From assembly GCF_033153115.1 (NCBI RefSeq), contig NW_026889783.1:806001-870000 (forward strand): a DNA stretch of 64,000 nucleotides, written 5' to 3'. Position 1 is the stretch's first letter. Every line of letters begins with the position of its first letter. A model generated the notes under the pieces. That model did no database searches. It saw only the letters and a list, made by a program, of their open reading frames with translations, and had not been told where the DNA came from. The position numbers and the translations under genes are program-made. Positions 59,557 through 64,000 of the stretch are shown piece by piece. Source of the stretch: Saccostrea echinata. Lineage: Eukaryota.

Positions 59557-60866
59557 CAGTGGCGCCGCGTTTATCCGGACGCCATTTATCTGGACGCTTC
59601 ACCATCCGGACGATATATTTTGGGAACAGATTTTTTCCACGTTATTTTGTCTCATTAATCCGGAAATTCGCGTTCCGTATCCAGACGGTCAATTTCTACT
59701 ACAAAACATAATAGTTCATTGAAAAATGACTCGTTTATCCGGACGGTAATTTTTCAAGAAACGACATTTTCACACTTATCTTGCATTCGTATTAATTGTT
59801 GTAAAAACATTGGCCATGCAGTTAGTTTGAAGGCGGTTACCTGTGACCTACAAACAATAGCGTCTATAATTAGCGTGTGTTTACCCCAATTCAATCACAC
59901 GTTTATCTTTATTATGAAGCTCAAAGAATTTAGCTGACACTGTGCATTAATTAAATAAAAATCCGTTCAAAATCATATTGCTAACCGTATATACATCGGT
60001 AAATTCAGGAGAATTTTGGAGAGTTGTAAATAAAATGAAAAATAAATAACGAGCGATTTCGTAATGCTCTTTATCATGTCAATTGCGTTAGGTTAAAATA
60101 CGATGTTCCATTTCTAAAAAACGTAAATGTATTTGAAATGCTTTTTTCCCCCACAAGACAGTATAAAAAGGTACATAATTGAAGAAATATCTCTATTTAA
60201 TGTACTACCGTTTACAAACGTCCATTACATATAAAACTGGCGTTACGTACAGAGGTTTATTGCGTTTTTCAAGGTATTTTTTAATGATCAGAATTCAAAC
60301 TTAGCATCTGTAGAAAAAAAAAATAATTTTGATAATCATGAAGATGGCTTGTGTTTACGAATGTTTTTTATTAATACTTTGTTTGAGTTAGCTTGCAGTG
60401 TTCAGTTAATTTTATAGTAACCCTGTGTAATGAATATACGGGGAATATACAGGGTTAGTTTATATTTGAACATTTTCAATGATGATGCTGAACAGTTCTG
60501 TCATATCATGTGAGCTTCAATAATTATAATAAATGGCCAAATAAAACAACAGTAGATCAAAATTTGCTCAACCCATGAAGTCATATGCCAAAGAGAAGGC
60601 GAATTAAAAAAGAAGGTCTCGGCATAAAATTTCCCATCCATTTTTTTGTGTAAATTACATTTTAATATATTTTTTTCATTAATCAATTACTGATTGACCA
60701 AAATATAATTTAAAAGTTTTTTTTTTCTTTGCTGCAACATTTGAAACAAGAATGTGCATATAAACATGCTTAGAGAGTGCTTTTTGAGATGCTTTTTGAG
60801 ATGTGATTCAATTATCCGGACGATTTCGTTGGGGACAGAGGCGTCCAGATAAACGAGGCGTCACTG
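59557..60866. mobile_element. Non-autonomous Tc1/mariner/pogo-type element
   Basis: TA TSD; 27-bp TIR CAGTGGCGCCGCGTTTATCCGGACGCC vs CAGTGACGCCTCGTTTATCTGGACGCC. Confidence 0.85.
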
Positions 60867-61024
60867 TACAATCTTAAGAAGGTTTGTTTTGATTCATTTC
60901 AATAAATTTGGTAGTTATTTTCAATTTAACTCCATTTCATTCTACAGAATCATTTCAGAGCAAATCTGCTCTGATTTGCTACATTGCAACTATTATGGGA
61001 CATATTCTAACTTTGATGAGGGCT

Positions 61025-61792
61025 TGTCCTGAGTTATTCTCTTTAGAGAAGTAGACAGGCTTTCGGCTACATCCACTTCTCTTTGCAAGCTTTCATGTTT
61101 TGATTCTGGAAAACATGTAAATTTCGAACCAGTGATGGCCTACACTTCAACTGACATTTCATCTAAAATACATCTGAATGTATGGTAACAGATGTGTTAT
61201 ATTAACAATTTCAACATAAATACATACAATTATCACAAGAAAACAAACCTTTACATATTGTTAATCCATTTTCATAAGTTCTCTATCCCGTATTTAAACT
61301 AATGTTTATCTACCACAGCTTATTAGAAAAAATAGAAAATTTTAAGTCGGATAATTTGGAAAAATTGGCGAAGACATATTTTGATGTTCAAAAAATGTTT
61401 TTGACAATTCACTTTTGATTTAGCATATTATTCAAAATTAATATTATTACTTATACTTATTTTTACTATTTTGATACAATTAAAATGTAAATTTGAGCTT
61501 TAAAAAATACTTCATTACTTCCTCTCTGTCAATACTAAAAATCTTTTCTTTTATTCTTAAACGAAATTAACTCTACCTTTCCCGAGAAATGAAAAAAAAG
61601 ATTTAAAACAAAGATCAAAAGAATTTGAAAGAAACATGAGGAAATACTGTCTCGTTAGTTTAAACAGAGTAGACCTCTTCTCTTACTCGTACTCGATTAC
61701 TCGTTTTCCAGAATCAAACATGAAGGCTTGTGAAGAGAAGTGGATGTAGGCAAAAGCCTGTCCACTTCACTAAAGAGAATAGTCCTGAGACA
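61025..61792. mobile_element. MITE with ~85-bp imperfect TIRs
   Basis: TATTCTCTTTAG...TGATTCTGGAAAAC is mirrored by GTTTTCCAGAATCA...CTAAAGAGAATA. Confidence 0.7.
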
Positions 61793-62750
61793 CAGATTAT
61801 TCTAACCACTTGGAGCTTATGTTCTACTATTTCTGAGCATTATATCAACCATTAAAAAAGTTTAGGTATTGAAATATAATTTAGATTCTGAAAAATTAAG
61901 TTTCAAATGAAGAATTTTTTCCCATCGAGTTTGGATAAGTAGCACATCAATTTTTTTCCTGATGTATGTTATGAAGCTTACAAAACAACCACAAAAACCT
62001 AGTTTAAGCAGTTAACATATATTTTTAAAAGAAATTAGGAAGAGTTTCTTCACAATAAAAAATTGAAATAAGTCATTTTCTCAAAAATATTTTGATGAAA
62101 AATTGGGAAAGACTGCTGATCAAAGGAGAAACATTAATGAATTAGATTACAACAAGAAATTGAATTAAGATAAAATTTATTGATATAGAAAAATAATCTT
62201 TAAAATCCTTAGTATCAAAGTTCCTTTTGAGAGTTATCTTTCCTGACTCAACTACACTGGTAGGACACCTCATACATCGTCATACTTATCTTGATCATTA
62301 TTGGCAACTGAACTGGCTTTTCTATAATAATCGAAAGAAACTGATATAATTTTTCTTGCTCACACCACATTGTTTATGATAAACGTAGTCAGGTCAAGGA
62401 TTGGATTTTGATTATTTTGACTGTTTTGCATTTACTGATAAAGCCGCCAAGTCCTGTGCTGATAGTCTGATGTTTATTGAACAGTCTCAAGAGGGAGAGA
62501 GAGGGAGAGAGAGAGAAGAGGGGATTTTCAAAAAAGAAAAAAGAAAAACAAGAAAAAAGAAAAATACTCAAACTGAAAATTAGAATTTTACCACAAGAAG
62601 ATTTTTAAGTCAATTACAATTTTTGTTGTCCACATTGTTATTAAATTATCGTTTGCTTTTTAAAAAATAAAAGAAAGTGAGTTCACGATTTCAATTTTTT
62701 ATGTCCATTGTATCACTAGTGTATTGTTGATTTTATAGACAACCTAAGTC

Positions 62751-63937
62751 ATGGACCAGGATTTGTATGATGAGTTTGGGAATTATATTGGTCCAGAGCT
62801 AGATAGCGATGATGATGATGAAGAGGATTCTGATGATGAAAGAGAAGAACAAGCTGACAGGGAATATGGAGATGTAGGCAGCTAACATAAGATCAATATT
62901 ATAAATCTGGATAGCTCAAAGTTAAAAAAAATCCATATCATTCCATAATTAATATGTTTTCTTTAAACATTTGGATTAATAAAATATGTGCAGTGATGTT
63001 AAATTTAGATAGTTAACTGAAGTTCTTCAAATGCTGAGAATCTGATCATTGTCAAGATTTTTATTGTTGGAACTGAATGTGTAATAAATTATTTGAATGA
63101 TGATTTTAGGATGATGATGAAATGGAACAAGATGATGACCAAAATGAAATGCAAGTTGTTCTTCATGAGGACAAGAAGTATTACCCCACAGCTGAGGAGG
63201 TTTACGGCCCAGAAGTTGAGGTCAGTGGATAAAGATGTTCAGTGAAATTCATTTTGAATATCCAGACATTTTACATACTCCATTCTCTTGAGTTTTTATC
63301 CTCCTGCAAGCAAAATTTTTGTGTTAATTGTTTCAAGTGAGTACGTAAGCTGTTTTCGAATTGAGTCTGGTCATAATGTTACTTTACAACAGAGTAATGC
63401 TCAAATAATTTCCTTGACTCTGCATATGCTCTGAGGATGGCCAATGTCATTTTACAAGATCAAGATCACATGGATTGGAAAAATGGAAATTTTTGAATAC
63501 ACTGTAACTTTGTATTAAGAGAGTTCTAAGCTCAGATTAGACTCAAAGGCTGCAGTGGGTGTAAAATGAGGAGGACCAGATTTCATTTCAATTAAATCAT
63601 TGTCACTTATAAAAACTTTGTGTGCAAAACAATTTTTGGAACCTTTCAAGATCATAAGTCAGTTGAAAAGAATTTTGGAAAAAATTTCCACAGTCTTTAT
63701 ATATTAAGTACTGTGTACTAAATATCACTTTTTTTGCTGAAGTTGGTTAAATTACTTGGTGAAATTAAAAGTTTCTAATGGAATGTCATTTTGTGAGCTT
63801 GATACCTTTTATTCATGCAACAAGTATATAGAAGGCAATGAAATTTTTTTCTATGCCAATGATAGTATTTTATAAAATTTTTCACATAATATTTTTACAG
63901 ACTATCGTTCAGGAGGAGGATACACAACCTCTGACAG
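62751..63937 (+). CDS. EFTUD2: 116 kDa U5 snRNP component (Snu114), first three coding exons: 62751-62873, 63110-63220, 63901-63937; continues past the window
   Basis: [20 protein letters not shown], an acidic tract, then [22 protein letters not shown] and [12 protein letters not shown]; GT-AG phase-compatible junctions. Confidence 0.96.
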
Positions 63938-64000
63938 GTGAATTTGTTTAAATTGATTTAAAATTAAACAATTCTCATTTTGAAATGAAAATTCAAAATG

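Overview
AT-rich eukaryotic genomic DNA, most likely from a bivalve (oyster-like, judged from Helentron/HINE elements with satellite cores and tRNA-SINEs). It carries three host genes. (1) PMS2 (MutL family, [12 protein letters not shown] endonuclease motif) on the minus strand: 24 exons traced from about 26769 down to 60, with the last exon outside the window. (2) A Golgi alpha-mannosidase II-like GH38 gene with an intronless 1073-aa coding region (47225-50446, +). (3) The first coding exons of EFTUD2/Snu114 (from 62751, +). The rest is a nested transposon landscape: an intron-containing hAT element with a 5-bp TSD inside a minisatellite in PMS2 intron 5, a decayed HERO-like non-LTR element, a Penelope element with inverted terminal repeats and a hammerhead ribozyme (interrupted by a solo LTR), several HINEs, MITEs and SINEs, and one assembly gap. 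The most unusual signal is repeated tandem amplification of PMS2's own exon-intron junctions. The extreme case is a 4.8-kb array of about 87 copies of the endonuclease exon's 3' end plus its GTAAGT donor; three smaller junction duplications occur elsewhere in the gene. Also notable are a possible in-frame PMS2-transposase splice route and an unresolved reading-frame break in the PMS2 linker. All exon calls are manual and lack transcript evidence.
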